IMG/VR virus record: IMGVR_UViG_3300025889_000082
Location: 41,348 to 105,347 of that record
Length of the DNA stretch: 64,000 nt
Source: a virus
Taxonomy: Duplodnaviria; Heunggongvirae; Uroviricota; Caudoviricetes
Direction: 5' to 3' (one strand)
The position numbers were made by a program, and so were the translations under genes. The notes beneath the pieces are model-generated. The model was not told where the DNA came from, did no database searches, and saw only the letters and a list, made by a program, of their open reading frames with translations. Below are positions 46,146 through 54,884 of this stretch, piece after piece; positions within the stretch are counted from its first letter, which is position 1; every line of letters begins with the position of its first letter.

Positions 46146-47264
46146 ATGTCTTGTTCAAATTGCCCTCCTGAGGCTTGTTATAATGGATGTGTAGAGATTG
46201 TATCTGATCAATGTGTTAGATATACAGGTCTTGACAGTGTTCCATTAAACATAACTTATGGAGATAATATTCAAGTAGTTATACAAAATGTAATTGATAA
46301 CCTAGTTCCTTTATTAGATGGAACAGGTGATAAGATTACTATAGCATCAGGAATACGCTGTGCTATATTAAATGGTTACTTACCTACTCCAGTAGATACA
46401 GATCAGTGGACTTCTGAACAGTTATTTCAATCATTAGTTAAAGTGGTTTGTGATTTACAAGATCAGATCACAGCAATTGATGCTGAGATAGCTACATTAA
46501 ATGCTGATTACAATATAGATTGTCTTAATGATGTAACATCTAGTTCCAACACTCATGACGTTGTCCAAGCTATCATAAGCAAACTTTGTGAAACAGTGGC
46601 TAGTTTAGCTGCATTAGAACTTGATGTAGCAACAAACTATGTTAAGTTAGCAGACTTAGATGCTTTGATTGCAGCATATTTGGCAGCTCATTCAGGTGGA
46701 TCTTCTAATCAGCAATATTTAAAAATGGTTCCATATGTAGCATATGAATACTATGGATCATTAGATAACTTTGATGGGTCAGGAATTGGCATCCCAGCAA
46801 ATGGTTTCTTTAAAGTATATTTATGTAATGGTCTTAATGGCACTCCTGATAAAAGAGGACGTGTTACTGTTGGAGCTATTCAAAATGTACCAGGTGGTCC
46901 ACTAGATGCTGCAGTAAATCCAGTAAATGCTGGTAATCCAAATTATGCTTTGTATAATACAGCTGGTGAAAATACAGTGACGCTTATTACATCCCAACTT
47001 CCTGTTCACTCACATTCAGCAGTTGCTGTATCTACTGCTAGTGTATCTCCAAATCCTCATAGCCATAGTTATGCAGGGGTACAAGTTCCTTCAGGTGGAG
47101 GAGATGGAAGTAGAACTTCTGTACCAGTTGATAAAACTACAAGTTCTGTAGATCTTACTGTTACTGTAGATACAGGTGTTACAATTGGTAATGCAGGTAA
47201 TGGGGCACCTCATGCAAACATACAACCTGTCATAGCTGCATATTATATCATGTATATTCCTTAA
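46146..47264 (+). CDS. tail fiber protein with C-terminal phage tail-collar (MdpB-like) domain
   Basis: TPDKRGRVTVGA (collar PDLRGR). GENTVTLITSQLPVHSHS (GsetvtLt..qmPaHtHt). Terminal GNGAPHANIQPVIAAYYIMYI (aHnNmqPYl.lnyiI). A second HSHS follows. Cys-rich N-terminus CSNCPPEACYNGCVEIVSDQCVRYTG. Confidence 0.65.
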   Translation: MSCSNCPPEACYNGCVEIVSDQCVRYTGLDSVPLNITYGDNIQVVIQNVIDNLVPLLDGTGDKITIASGIRCAILNGYLPTPVDTDQWTSEQLFQSLVKVVCDLQDQITAIDAEIATLNADYNIDCLNDVTSSSNTHDVVQAIISKLCETVASLAALELDVATNYVKLADLDALIAAYLAAHSGGSSNQQYLKMVPYVAYEYYGSLDNFDGSGIGIPANGFFKVYLCNGLNGTPDKRGRVTVGAIQNVPGGPLDAAVNPVNAGNPNYALYNTAGENTVTLITSQLPVHSHSAVAVSTASVSPNPHSHSYAGVQVPSGGGDGSRTSVPVDKTTSSVDLTVTVDTGVTIGNAGNGAPHANIQPVIAAYYIMYIP

Positions 47265-47283
47265 TAGATTAAACCAACTATAA

Positions 47284-50200
47284 ATGGCTTGTTTACCAGG
47301 AATGCCTTGCTATGGTGCTCAGCAAAAAGAGTGCTGTCCTGAGGTTAATTCAAATTGCGTAGATTATTCTGGACCTAATTTACCTTGTTCAGGTGTGCAA
47401 ACACATGACTGCCTTACCACTGCTATTGAGAAAATAGATGATAAATTGTGTAAGGTGGGGAATGGTACGTCTGGTACATCAGGATCATCAGGTCAAACAT
47501 ATGGAACAGCAGGTACCTCTGGTTCTTCAGGAACTAGTGGAAATGATGGTTCTTCTGGTTCTGCAGGTACTAGTGGTCAAACTGGTACATCAGGGACATC
47601 AGGTAGTTCTGGTAGCTCTGGTAGAACTTATGGTACATCAGGTACCTCTGGAACTTCTGGCTCATCAGGTAGTGCTGGCACTAGTGGTTCTTCTGGATCT
47701 AGTGGATCTAGTGGTTCTTCTGGATCATCAGGTTCATCAGGCACTTCTGCTTCTAGTGGTACTAGTGGATCTTCTGGGTCATCTGGTACTTCTGCAACTT
47801 CAGGATCCAGTGGTTCATCAGGATCAAGTGGATCTTCAGGATCTGCAGGAACTAGTGGTCAAGAAGGTACTTCAGGTTCAAGTGGTTCTTCTGGTATTTC
47901 TGGTGATAGATACTTTACAACATCAGCTGATTCTTTTACATTAGGTAATTCTGGTACATTAACTGTAGGCACAAACCTAGCATATACACCAGGACAATCC
48001 ATTATCATAGCACATGACGCTACCAATTATCAAGTGTCAACAGTATTATCATATAATGCTGGTACAGGTGCATTACAATTTTCTTCTCCTTCCTCAGTAG
48101 TAGGTTCTGGCACATACACTGCTTGGACCATCAACTTACAGGGGGCTGCAGGTGGTGATGGTTCTAGTGGAACTTCAGGTTCTTCTGGAACGTCAGGATC
48201 TAGTGGCTCTTCTGGTAGTAGTGGAACTAATGGTAGTTCAGGAACTAGTGGAACTAATGGTTCAAGTGGAACTAATGGTTCTTCTGGTACTAGTGCCACA
48301 TCTGGTTCTTCTGGTACTGCTGGAACAAGTGCTACATCAGGAAGTTCTGGTTCTTCTGGCACATCTGCCACTGCAGGAACTAGTGGATCTTCTGGCACAA
48401 GTGGTACCAATGGGTCTAGTGGTACAGCAGGATCATCAGGTACATCTGCTTCTTCTGGTACATCAGCAACGTCTGGGTCTAGTGGGTCTTCTGGTACTAG
48501 TGGGTCTTCTGGCTCAAGTGGTACTTCTGCTACTAGTGGTTCTTCTGGTACAGCAGGCACTAGTGGGTCTAGTGGTACAGTTGGCACTAGTGGAACATCA
48601 GGTTCTTCTGGTACTAATGGTTCAAGTGGAACTTCTGGTACTAGTGGTTCATCAGGTACAAGTGCTAGTTCTGGTTCCTCAGGTACAACTGGTACATCAG
48701 GTAGTTCAGGATCTTCAGGTACTAGTGGAACAAGTGGTACAAATGGTAGTTCAGGTACAAATGGATCCAGTGGTACAAATGGTTCTTCTGGTTTATCAGG
48801 AGATAGATATTTAACATCTTCCACAACAACTCTTACAATTGTATCTTCTGGAACAATTACATTTACAGTTGAAACAGGATTAGCATATAGTACATTACAA
48901 ACAGTTATTGTAGTACATGAAAACACCCATTACATGGAAGGAACAGTATTATCATATGATAGTGCTACTGGAGTAATGAGTGTTGATGTTACAAATGGTG
49001 TTGGATTAGGACTAACAGAATCTATGTGGACAGTGAACCTGTTAGGTGCTGCTGGTGGAGATGGCTCTTCAGGAACATCTGGTTCAGCTGGTACTAGTGG
49101 TACGTCTGGATCTTCTGGTTCAACAGGAACTTCTGGAACAACAGGAACTTCTGGCTCTTCTGGAACAAGTGGTTCTTCTGGAACTAGTGCAACTTCTGGT
49201 AGTTCTGGTACGTCTGGAACTAAGGGTACGTCTGGAACTTCAGGCATCAATGGTACCTCTGGTACAAGTGCAACTAGTGGTTCAAGTGGTTCTTCTGGTA
49301 CTTCTGGAACATCAGGTTCTTCTGGCTCATCTGGTACAGCTGGTTCTTCTGGTACATCAGGTACTAAGGGAACATCTGGTACCTCTGCATCATCTGGAAC
49401 GAGTGGTTCATCTGGCACTACAGGAACCTCTGGTACATCAGGCTCAACAGGTACTTCAGGAACAGCAGGATCTAGTGGTACAAGTGCAAGTAGTGGATCA
49501 TCTGGATCAAGTGGAACAACTGGTACTTCAGGATCAAGTGGTATCAATGGTACTTCAGGAACTGCTGGTACATCAGGTTCAACAGGAACATCAGGAACAT
49601 CAGCTACTTCTGGTTCAAGTGGTACAACAGGAACAAGTGGTTCTTCTGGAACAACAGGAACTAGTGGAAGTTCTGGTACTGCTGGATTAAGTGGAGATAG
49701 ATATCAAACAACTTCAACAACTCCTTTCACTCTTGGTAATAATGGTACAATAACAATTGGAACAGGACTTGCTTATACAGCAGCTCAGGTTATTCTTATT
49801 GTATATGATTTAACTCACTATCAAGAGTCTGTAATCATATCTTATAATGCTGGTAGTGGATCTTTGCAATTTGATACTCCTACAAGTACAGTTGGTTCAG
49901 GTACATTTAGTTCTTGGACTGTAAACTTATCTGGTGCTAGTGGTGGAGATGGATCTTCTGGTACATCAGGATCTGCTGGTACTAGTGGAGCAAAAGGTAC
50001 AAGTGGTACTGCAGGCACATCTGGATCTAGTGGTACATCTGCATCTTCAGGATCATCTGGCACTAGTGGAACGTCAGGTTCAAGTGGTACATCAGGTACC
50101 TCTGGTAGTAGTGGTACTTCTGGTACAAAGGGAACTTCTGGTACTTCAGGTGCTAATGGAACCTCTGGTACAGCAGGTACGTCTGGTTCTTCTGGAACAA

Positions 50201-51909
50201 CTGGTACTTCAGGTTCAGCTGGTACTAGTGGAACTAATGGAACAAATGGCTCTAGTGGTACAAGTGGTTTACAAGGTACATCAGGAACAAGTGGAGCAAA
50301 TGGGTCATCAGGCACATCAGGTACTAATGGTTCTAGTGGAACAACAGGTACATCTGGTAGCTCAGGAACAAGTGGAGTTAGTGGTTCCTCTGGTACGTCT
50401 GGTACAAAAGGTACAAGTGGTACTAGTGGTACGAGTGGTTCTAGTGGTACTTCTGGTACATCTGGTTCTAGTGGAACTACTGGTACTAGTGGTAGTAGTG
50501 GAACAAGTGGTACTAGTGGCAGTAGTGGTACTTCTGGTACATCTGGTACAAGTGGTAGTAGTGGAACAAGTGGTACTAGAGGTACATCAGGATCTAGTGG
50601 TACTAGTGGAGCTGGAACTATTAGTGGTACATTGAACTACATAGCTAAGTTCACTCCTAATAGTACCACTGTAGGAAATAGTCAGATTTTTGATAATGGT
50701 ACTAATATTGGCTTTGGTACCAATTCTCCAAGTTACTTTGCTGATTTTCAAGTTAACAATACTTCTTTTGTATCAAGATTTAGAAACTTAAATACAACAA
50801 CTGATAGTGCTGGTTTATTGATTCAGGCAGGTGTTAATTCTGGAAATGAAATATTGCTTTTAAAGAATGCAGCAGGAACAGCAAGAATGGGTGTCTATGC
50901 AAATGGATATGTAGGTCTTGGTACTGAAACTCCTACTGTTAGATTTAATATGGAAAGTTCAGGATCTTCATATTCTGATCCTAGTACAAATGATTGTTCA
51001 ACAATAGCATTATATAACTCAAATAGTTCATCTACCACAGCACATTCAATTCTTTCATTAAGAACAAATCTTGGAACTGGTGGTAATCCTTTTGTATCTT
51101 GGGATATACGTGGTGTTACAGGTTATTCAATGGGTATTGACAATGCTGACTCAGATAAACTTAAAATTGCTGCAACATGGTCTAATGTTGCTAGCTCAAC
51201 AATTCTTACATTTACAACATCTGGTGCTGCAACTTTTGCATCCACTGTAACAGCTTCTTCTTTGATTAAATCAGGTGGTACTAGTTCTCAATTCTTGAAA
51301 GCTGATGGTAGTGTAGATTCAAATACATATTTAACAACATCTTCTGCAGCTTCTACATATGTTGCTAAGAGTGGAGATACAATGACTGGAACATTAAACT
51401 TTTCTAATAACTTAGGAACTTGTTTATATGGTTCTATGGCAGATAATGATCAGTGGAGAATATATGCTGGTAATACAGGAAGCAATGCTGGATATTTAGA
51501 AATAGCTACAGCAGATGATGCTAGTGAACCAATTTATGTAAGACAATATAGTGGTGTGTTTGGTTCTTTGGTAAGAACATTTACATTGTTAGATGGTAGT
51601 GGTAACACTACAATGCCAGGAACTGTAACAGCTACAGCATTCTATGAGTCTTCAGATGCTACATTGAAAAAACTAATTACAGATGATTTCACTGTAGAAG
51701 GAATTGAAAACATTGCATCAAAGCTTTATATAAAAGATGGTAGACAAGAAGTGGGATATTTTGCACAAGATGTTCTACCTTTGTTACCAAATGCTGTTGC
51801 TAAGAATGATGCAGGCATATTAAGTTTATCATATAAGGAAGTGCATACAGCTAAGATAGCTAGACTTGAAAAGAGAGTTAAAGAACTAGAATCTAAATTA
51901 GGAATCTAA
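47284..51909 (+). CDS. giant tail fiber: Cys-rich N-anchor, four proline-free Gly-X-Y (X,Y=Ser/Thr) repeat blocks, three ~90-aa knob domains, distal domain and C-terminal S74 intramolecular-chaperone domain
   Basis: 1541 aa. About 245 G-[ST]-[ST] triplets (…GTSGSSGTSGNDGSSGSAGTSG…). The blocks are separated by three homologous GDRY(F/L/Q)T(T/S)S… knob domains. C-terminus is …YESSDATLKKLITDDFTVEGIENIASKLYIKDGRQEVGYFAQDV…, which matches the endosialidase/T5-LTF autocleaving chaperone (S-DxRLKK…). Confidence 0.7.
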   Translation: MACLPGMPCYGAQQKECCPEVNSNCVDYSGPNLPCSGVQTHDCLTTAIEKIDDKLCKVGNGTSGTSGSSGQTYGTAGTSGSSGTSGNDGSSGSAGTSGQTGTSGTSGSSGSSGRTYGTSGTSGTSGSSGSAGTSGSSGSSGSSGSSGSSGSSGTSASSGTSGSSGSSGTSATSGSSGSSGSSGSSGSAGTSGQEGTSGSSGSSGISGDRYFTTSADSFTLGNSGTLTVGTNLAYTPGQSIIIAHDATNYQVSTVLSYNAGTGALQFSSPSSVVGSGTYTAWTINLQGAAGGDGSSGTSGSSGTSGSSGSSGSSGTNGSSGTSGTNGSSGTNGSSGTSATSGSSGTAGTSATSGSSGSSGTSATAGTSGSSGTSGTNGSSGTAGSSGTSASSGTSATSGSSGSSGTSGSSGSSGTSATSGSSGTAGTSGSSGTVGTSGTSGSSGTNGSSGTSGTSGSSGTSASSGSSGTTGTSGSSGSSGTSGTSGTNGSSGTNGSSGTNGSSGLSGDRYLTSSTTTLTIVSSGTITFTVETGLAYSTLQTVIVVHENTHYMEGTVLSYDSATGVMSVDVTNGVGLGLTESMWTVNLLGAAGGDGSSGTSGSAGTSGTSGSSGSTGTSGTTGTSGSSGTSGSSGTSATSGSSGTSGTKGTSGTSGINGTSGTSATSGSSGSSGTSGTSGSSGSSGTAGSSGTSGTKGTSGTSASSGTSGSSGTTGTSGTSGSTGTSGTAGSSGTSASSGSSGSSGTTGTSGSSGINGTSGTAGTSGSTGTSGTSATSGSSGTTGTSGSSGTTGTSGSSGTAGLSGDRYQTTSTTPFTLGNNGTITIGTGLAYTAAQVILIVYDLTHYQESVIISYNAGSGSLQFDTPTSTVGSGTFSSWTVNLSGASGGDGSSGTSGSAGTSGAKGTSGTAGTSGSSGTSASSGSSGTSGTSGSSGTSGTSGSSGTSGTKGTSGTSGANGTSGTAGTSGSSGTTGTSGSAGTSGTNGTNGSSGTSGLQGTSGTSGANGSSGTSGTNGSSGTTGTSGSSGTSGVSGSSGTSGTKGTSGTSGTSGSSGTSGTSGSSGTTGTSGSSGTSGTSGSSGTSGTSGTSGSSGTSGTRGTSGSSGTSGAGTISGTLNYIAKFTPNSTTVGNSQIFDNGTNIGFGTNSPSYFADFQVNNTSFVSRFRNLNTTTDSAGLLIQAGVNSGNEILLLKNAAGTARMGVYANGYVGLGTETPTVRFNMESSGSSYSDPSTNDCSTIALYNSNSSSTTAHSILSLRTNLGTGGNPFVSWDIRGVTGYSMGIDNADSDKLKIAATWSNVASSTILTFTTSGAATFASTVTASSLIKSGGTSSQFLKADGSVDSNTYLTTSSAASTYVAKSGDTMTGTLNFSNNLGTCLYGSMADNDQWRIYAGNTGSNAGYLEIATADDASEPIYVRQYSGVFGSLVRTFTLLDGSGNTTMPGTVTATAFYESSDATLKKLITDDFTVEGIENIASKLYIKDGRQEVGYFAQDVLPLLPNAVAKNDAGILSLSYKEVHTAKIARLEKRVKELESKLGI
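47440..50620 (+). repeat. intragenic near-perfect 9/18-nt tandem repeats (ggt-ac/tc-t/agt) encoding the Gly-Ser/Thr triplets
   Basis: A 3-nt periodic, low-complexity region. It produces long spurious ORFs in all other frames on both strands. Confidence 0.8.
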
Positions 51910-54074
51910 TGAGTTGGAAATCAATAGCTGGAAATCAAACAATATCTAGAGCAAACCTTCAGAATGCTATAGATACTGGTGTGTTCATAGCAAAAAATGG
52001 TGTTCCTGGTACAGAGTCTAATAGACAGATAACCAAAGCAAATGCTCAAGACTATATATACACATGGGATCTTTATCCTTCTTTTTTAGCAGCAGCTTCT
52101 AATCAACTTCCTGTTAAACAAGAACTAGCTGTACAGTCTAATCAAGTGTATGCACAAGGAAGTACAACAATAGCTGTTGGAAATAATAATAGAAATTGGG
52201 TATATACTATACTTTCTAATTCTGGAGATAGCTGGGGATCAGTTGCTTCATCCACAGATAATAGATGTATACTAGCTGGAAGATCTTATAGTCCAGGTAG
52301 TGGAGGAGGAGGTCTTTGGGTATCTAATGACTATGGAGAAACATTTACAAGATTAGATTCTGTAATGAGTACCAATGATGCAGCACTGAGTACTGCTATG
52401 AATTCTTATGGTGATTATATGATTGCCACTAGACAAGTTGGATCTTTTGGTTCTCAAAGAGCTTATATATATTGGTCATATAATTCAGGAGTGAACTGGG
52501 CTACAGGATACCATGACACAATAGATTACAACTTTAATGGAGCTGCAATGTCTGGTGTTGGTGTATATGCTACAGTATTAGGTTCTGATGGAACTAGTTA
52601 TTATGTTTGGACATCTAATAGCTTTGGTTCTAGTTTTACTAAAACATATTTATGTGCTGGAACAAAAGTAGTACAAGGAGGATGTGTTGGTATGTCCAAG
52701 TCAGGGCAATATCAATTATTAACACCTCCTCAAGCATCTAGTCCAGATGTTGGTAATTTTTATGTTTCAAATGATTATGGATCATCTTGGACTACAGTTA
52801 ATTTAACACCTGTACCACTTGCTCCTAATGATACGTTCTATGGATGTTCTGTTTCTGCTGGAGGTGATTACATGACAGTAGCTGCTTATTCAAGTACATT
52901 AGGTCAATCTAGAACTTATATATCAAGTGATTGGGGAGTGAATTGGACTGTTATATCTGGAGCAGATGTTGCACAAGCTGTAGATAGTTCTGGACAATTT
53001 CAATATCAAAATGGTCGTGCATCAATAGATTATGGTAATACATGGTCAGGAGGACAATATGCATATGCTATTTCTGTAAATCCAACTACATATACCACTC
53101 CTTATATATATGGTCCATCAACAGGTGGTAATTTGTATAAATCTATTAATCAAGGAAATACTTATAGTGTTACCTCTTTGTCTGGATTTATAACTAAGGT
53201 GGCTACATCTGGTGGATCAAACAATGGTAAATATGTAGCTGCTATTGTAGACAACAATCCAGGAGGGTCTCCTAGCTATAATCTTTATAAGTCTAGTGAC
53301 TATGGGGCTAGTTGGTCTACAAACTTTTCATCATCTGGAGAAGTTATGGTATGTTGTGCTGTATCAGATGATGGAGTATATTGGTTTGCTGTTACATATA
53401 ATTCAGGAACAAATTTATCTTATATATATAGGTCTACTGATTCAGGAGCAAGTTGGCAGTATATGGGTTATATTTCTGGTCAAGCAATAAATTGTGCCAT
53501 GTCAAATATTGGGCAATATATAACTATGGTAGTAAGTACTCCTAATGGTGGATTTTATGATGCATATGTAGCTAACTCTTCTGACTATGGAGTGAATTGG
53601 ACAGGAGCAGCTTTTGATAGTTCAGGAAGAACATACAATGATATTGCTATATCTGGACATGGTAAGTTTAGAACATTTGTAAGTACAGATTCAGGAAACA
53701 CAGGTTGCAGAACATTTTATTCAGGTGACTATGGTGTAAACTGGTCAGAGATTTACTACAATGCAGGTTATGTTGCTACTAGCTGTGACATGGATGATTC
53801 AGGACGAGTTTGTTTGGCAGCTAATAACTCAAATGATAACACAGCTTCTCAAATATATTACACAATTAATGGATGGAGTTCTTATAGTACAAATTCTAGT
53901 TTGATGCCTTTCCCTTTTGCAGCTCCTATGATAACTGGTGTAAATGTATCTTCAGATGCTACATATTGGGCTCTTGTTTCAAACAATCAAGCTTATAGTT
54001 ATACATGTACAACAGGTAATGGAGTTTTCAATTATCAATACACAGGAATAACTTTTAATAGACTTAGTAAATAA
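51909..54074 (+). CDS. BNR/Asp-box repeat beta-propeller protein (sialidase/GH74-like fold); receptor-binding or glycan-degrading tail protein
   Basis: At least 12 Asp-box motifs (S-x-D-x-G-x-T/S-W): SNDYGETFT, YNSGVNWAT, SNSFGSSFT, SNDYGSSWT, SSDWGVNWT, SIDYGNTWS, SINQGNTYS, SSDYGASWS, STDSGASWQ, SSDYGVNWT, STDSGNTGC, SGDYGVNWS. They recur every ~45-55 aa. ATG overlaps the fiber stop. Confidence 0.65.
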   Translation: MSWKSIAGNQTISRANLQNAIDTGVFIAKNGVPGTESNRQITKANAQDYIYTWDLYPSFLAAASNQLPVKQELAVQSNQVYAQGSTTIAVGNNNRNWVYTILSNSGDSWGSVASSTDNRCILAGRSYSPGSGGGGLWVSNDYGETFTRLDSVMSTNDAALSTAMNSYGDYMIATRQVGSFGSQRAYIYWSYNSGVNWATGYHDTIDYNFNGAAMSGVGVYATVLGSDGTSYYVWTSNSFGSSFTKTYLCAGTKVVQGGCVGMSKSGQYQLLTPPQASSPDVGNFYVSNDYGSSWTTVNLTPVPLAPNDTFYGCSVSAGGDYMTVAAYSSTLGQSRTYISSDWGVNWTVISGADVAQAVDSSGQFQYQNGRASIDYGNTWSGGQYAYAISVNPTTYTTPYIYGPSTGGNLYKSINQGNTYSVTSLSGFITKVATSGGSNNGKYVAAIVDNNPGGSPSYNLYKSSDYGASWSTNFSSSGEVMVCCAVSDDGVYWFAVTYNSGTNLSYIYRSTDSGASWQYMGYISGQAINCAMSNIGQYITMVVSTPNGGFYDAYVANSSDYGVNWTGAAFDSSGRTYNDIAISGHGKFRTFVSTDSGNTGCRTFYSGDYGVNWSEIYYNAGYVATSCDMDDSGRVCLAANNSNDNTASQIYYTINGWSSYSTNSSLMPFPFAAPMITGVNVSSDATYWALVSNNQAYSYTCTTGNGVFNYQYTGITFNRLSK

Positions 54075-54084
54075 ATAAATCAAA

Positions 54085-54702
54085 ATGACAGTATTAGTAA
54101 CATTAACTTTAGCAGGGACAGATGTGGGTCCCTTTGATCTGTATTCAGATGCAGATGGGTATACAACTCCTCTAGCAACTGGTATATCTAGATCTTCTTT
54201 ATTGGCTGGATACAGTCTTGCAGGTGTTCCTGATGACGCTGCAGTTATAAGAGCTCAATCTACAGGAACTTGTACAAACTATTTAGACATGTATTTAAGT
54301 GGAGGAACTACCACTACTACTACATCTACATCTTCAACCACTACATCTACAACTACTGCAACACCATGTTTAACTGGTGATACAAGTGCCATTTCATCTT
54401 GTGGTGGTGGGGAATCAGCATTATTCACAGTAACTACAGGAAATACAGCTCTAATCACTCCAGGTGGGTATTACTATTCTGGAACTGGTACAAGAACTTA
54501 CACGTCTTATATTATGAATGCTGCTAATGATACAGTTTTGTATACATTCAACTATACACAAACAGGATCAACTCCAGGAACTTGGACATCTGACTTACCT
54601 TCTAATACATTACCTGCAGGTAGTTATCGCCTAAGAACAGACACAGTGAACTGTTTCACTAGCTCTGGTTCATTTAGCTTAAATGCTGCTTGTAATTCAT
54701 AA
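54085..54702 (+). CDS. hypothetical structural protein with GPFD N-module and poly-Thr linker
   Basis: N-terminus …AGTDVGPFDLYSDADGYT… resembles the N-terminus of ORF 62946 (…GGRTGPFDISDNLGT…). TTTTTSTSSTTTSTTTATP tract. Confidence 0.4.
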   Translation: MTVLVTLTLAGTDVGPFDLYSDADGYTTPLATGISRSSLLAGYSLAGVPDDAAVIRAQSTGTCTNYLDMYLSGGTTTTTTSTSSTTTSTTTATPCLTGDTSAISSCGGGESALFTVTTGNTALITPGGYYYSGTGTRTYTSYIMNAANDTVLYTFNYTQTGSTPGTWTSDLPSNTLPAGSYRLRTDTVNCFTSSGSFSLNAACNS

Positions 54703-54708
54703 ATAGTT

Positions 54709-54770
54709 AAAAACCCCTGTTTGTTGGTTTACAGATGGTCTCCCCTAGGGTCTCTACCCTGGGGGTTTTT
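54709..54770 (+). terminator. GC-rich stem-loop with flanking A and T tracts (terminator-like)
   Basis: aaaacccc…(ccctaggg internal palindrome)…ggggttttt. Confidence 0.35.
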
Positions 54771-54794
54771 ATTTAAAATCTAACTAAAAAAGTT

Positions 54795-54856
54795 ATTGCA
54801 TATAACCAAAATAGTTAACTTATTTTTGGGAAATTCAAAAATAGTTCCTACCTTTA
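54795..54856 (+). promoter_or_regulatory. Bacteroidetes-type promoter candidates upstream of ORF 54885
   Basis: TTTG (54825-28), a 20-nt spacer, then TACCTTTA (54849-56). An overlapping alternative is TTG (54795-97), a 23-nt spacer, then TATTTTTG (54821-28). Confidence 0.35.
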
Positions 54857-54884
54857 CATCAATTTTAACTAAACTTAACTCTAT

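Noticed and set aside
47438-50635. Seven long ORFs overlapping the giant fibre gene on both strands: + 47438-47944, 48152-48814, 49046-49690, 49934-50635; - 48030-48926, 48930-49547, 49842-50315. They translate as V/L/Q-rich or PEVP-rich proteins.
   Set aside because: They arise from the 3-nt periodic ggt-wst-wst tandem repeat, which keeps every frame open. The in-frame Gly-Ser/Thr reading is continuous with the conserved N- and C-terminal domains; the others have no start context or domain logic.
47284-51909. Diversity-generating retroelement or phase-variation cassette acting on the repetitive fibre gene.
   Set aside because: No reverse transcriptase, template repeat or invertase was found in the window. 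Variability, if any, would come from simple repeat recombination.
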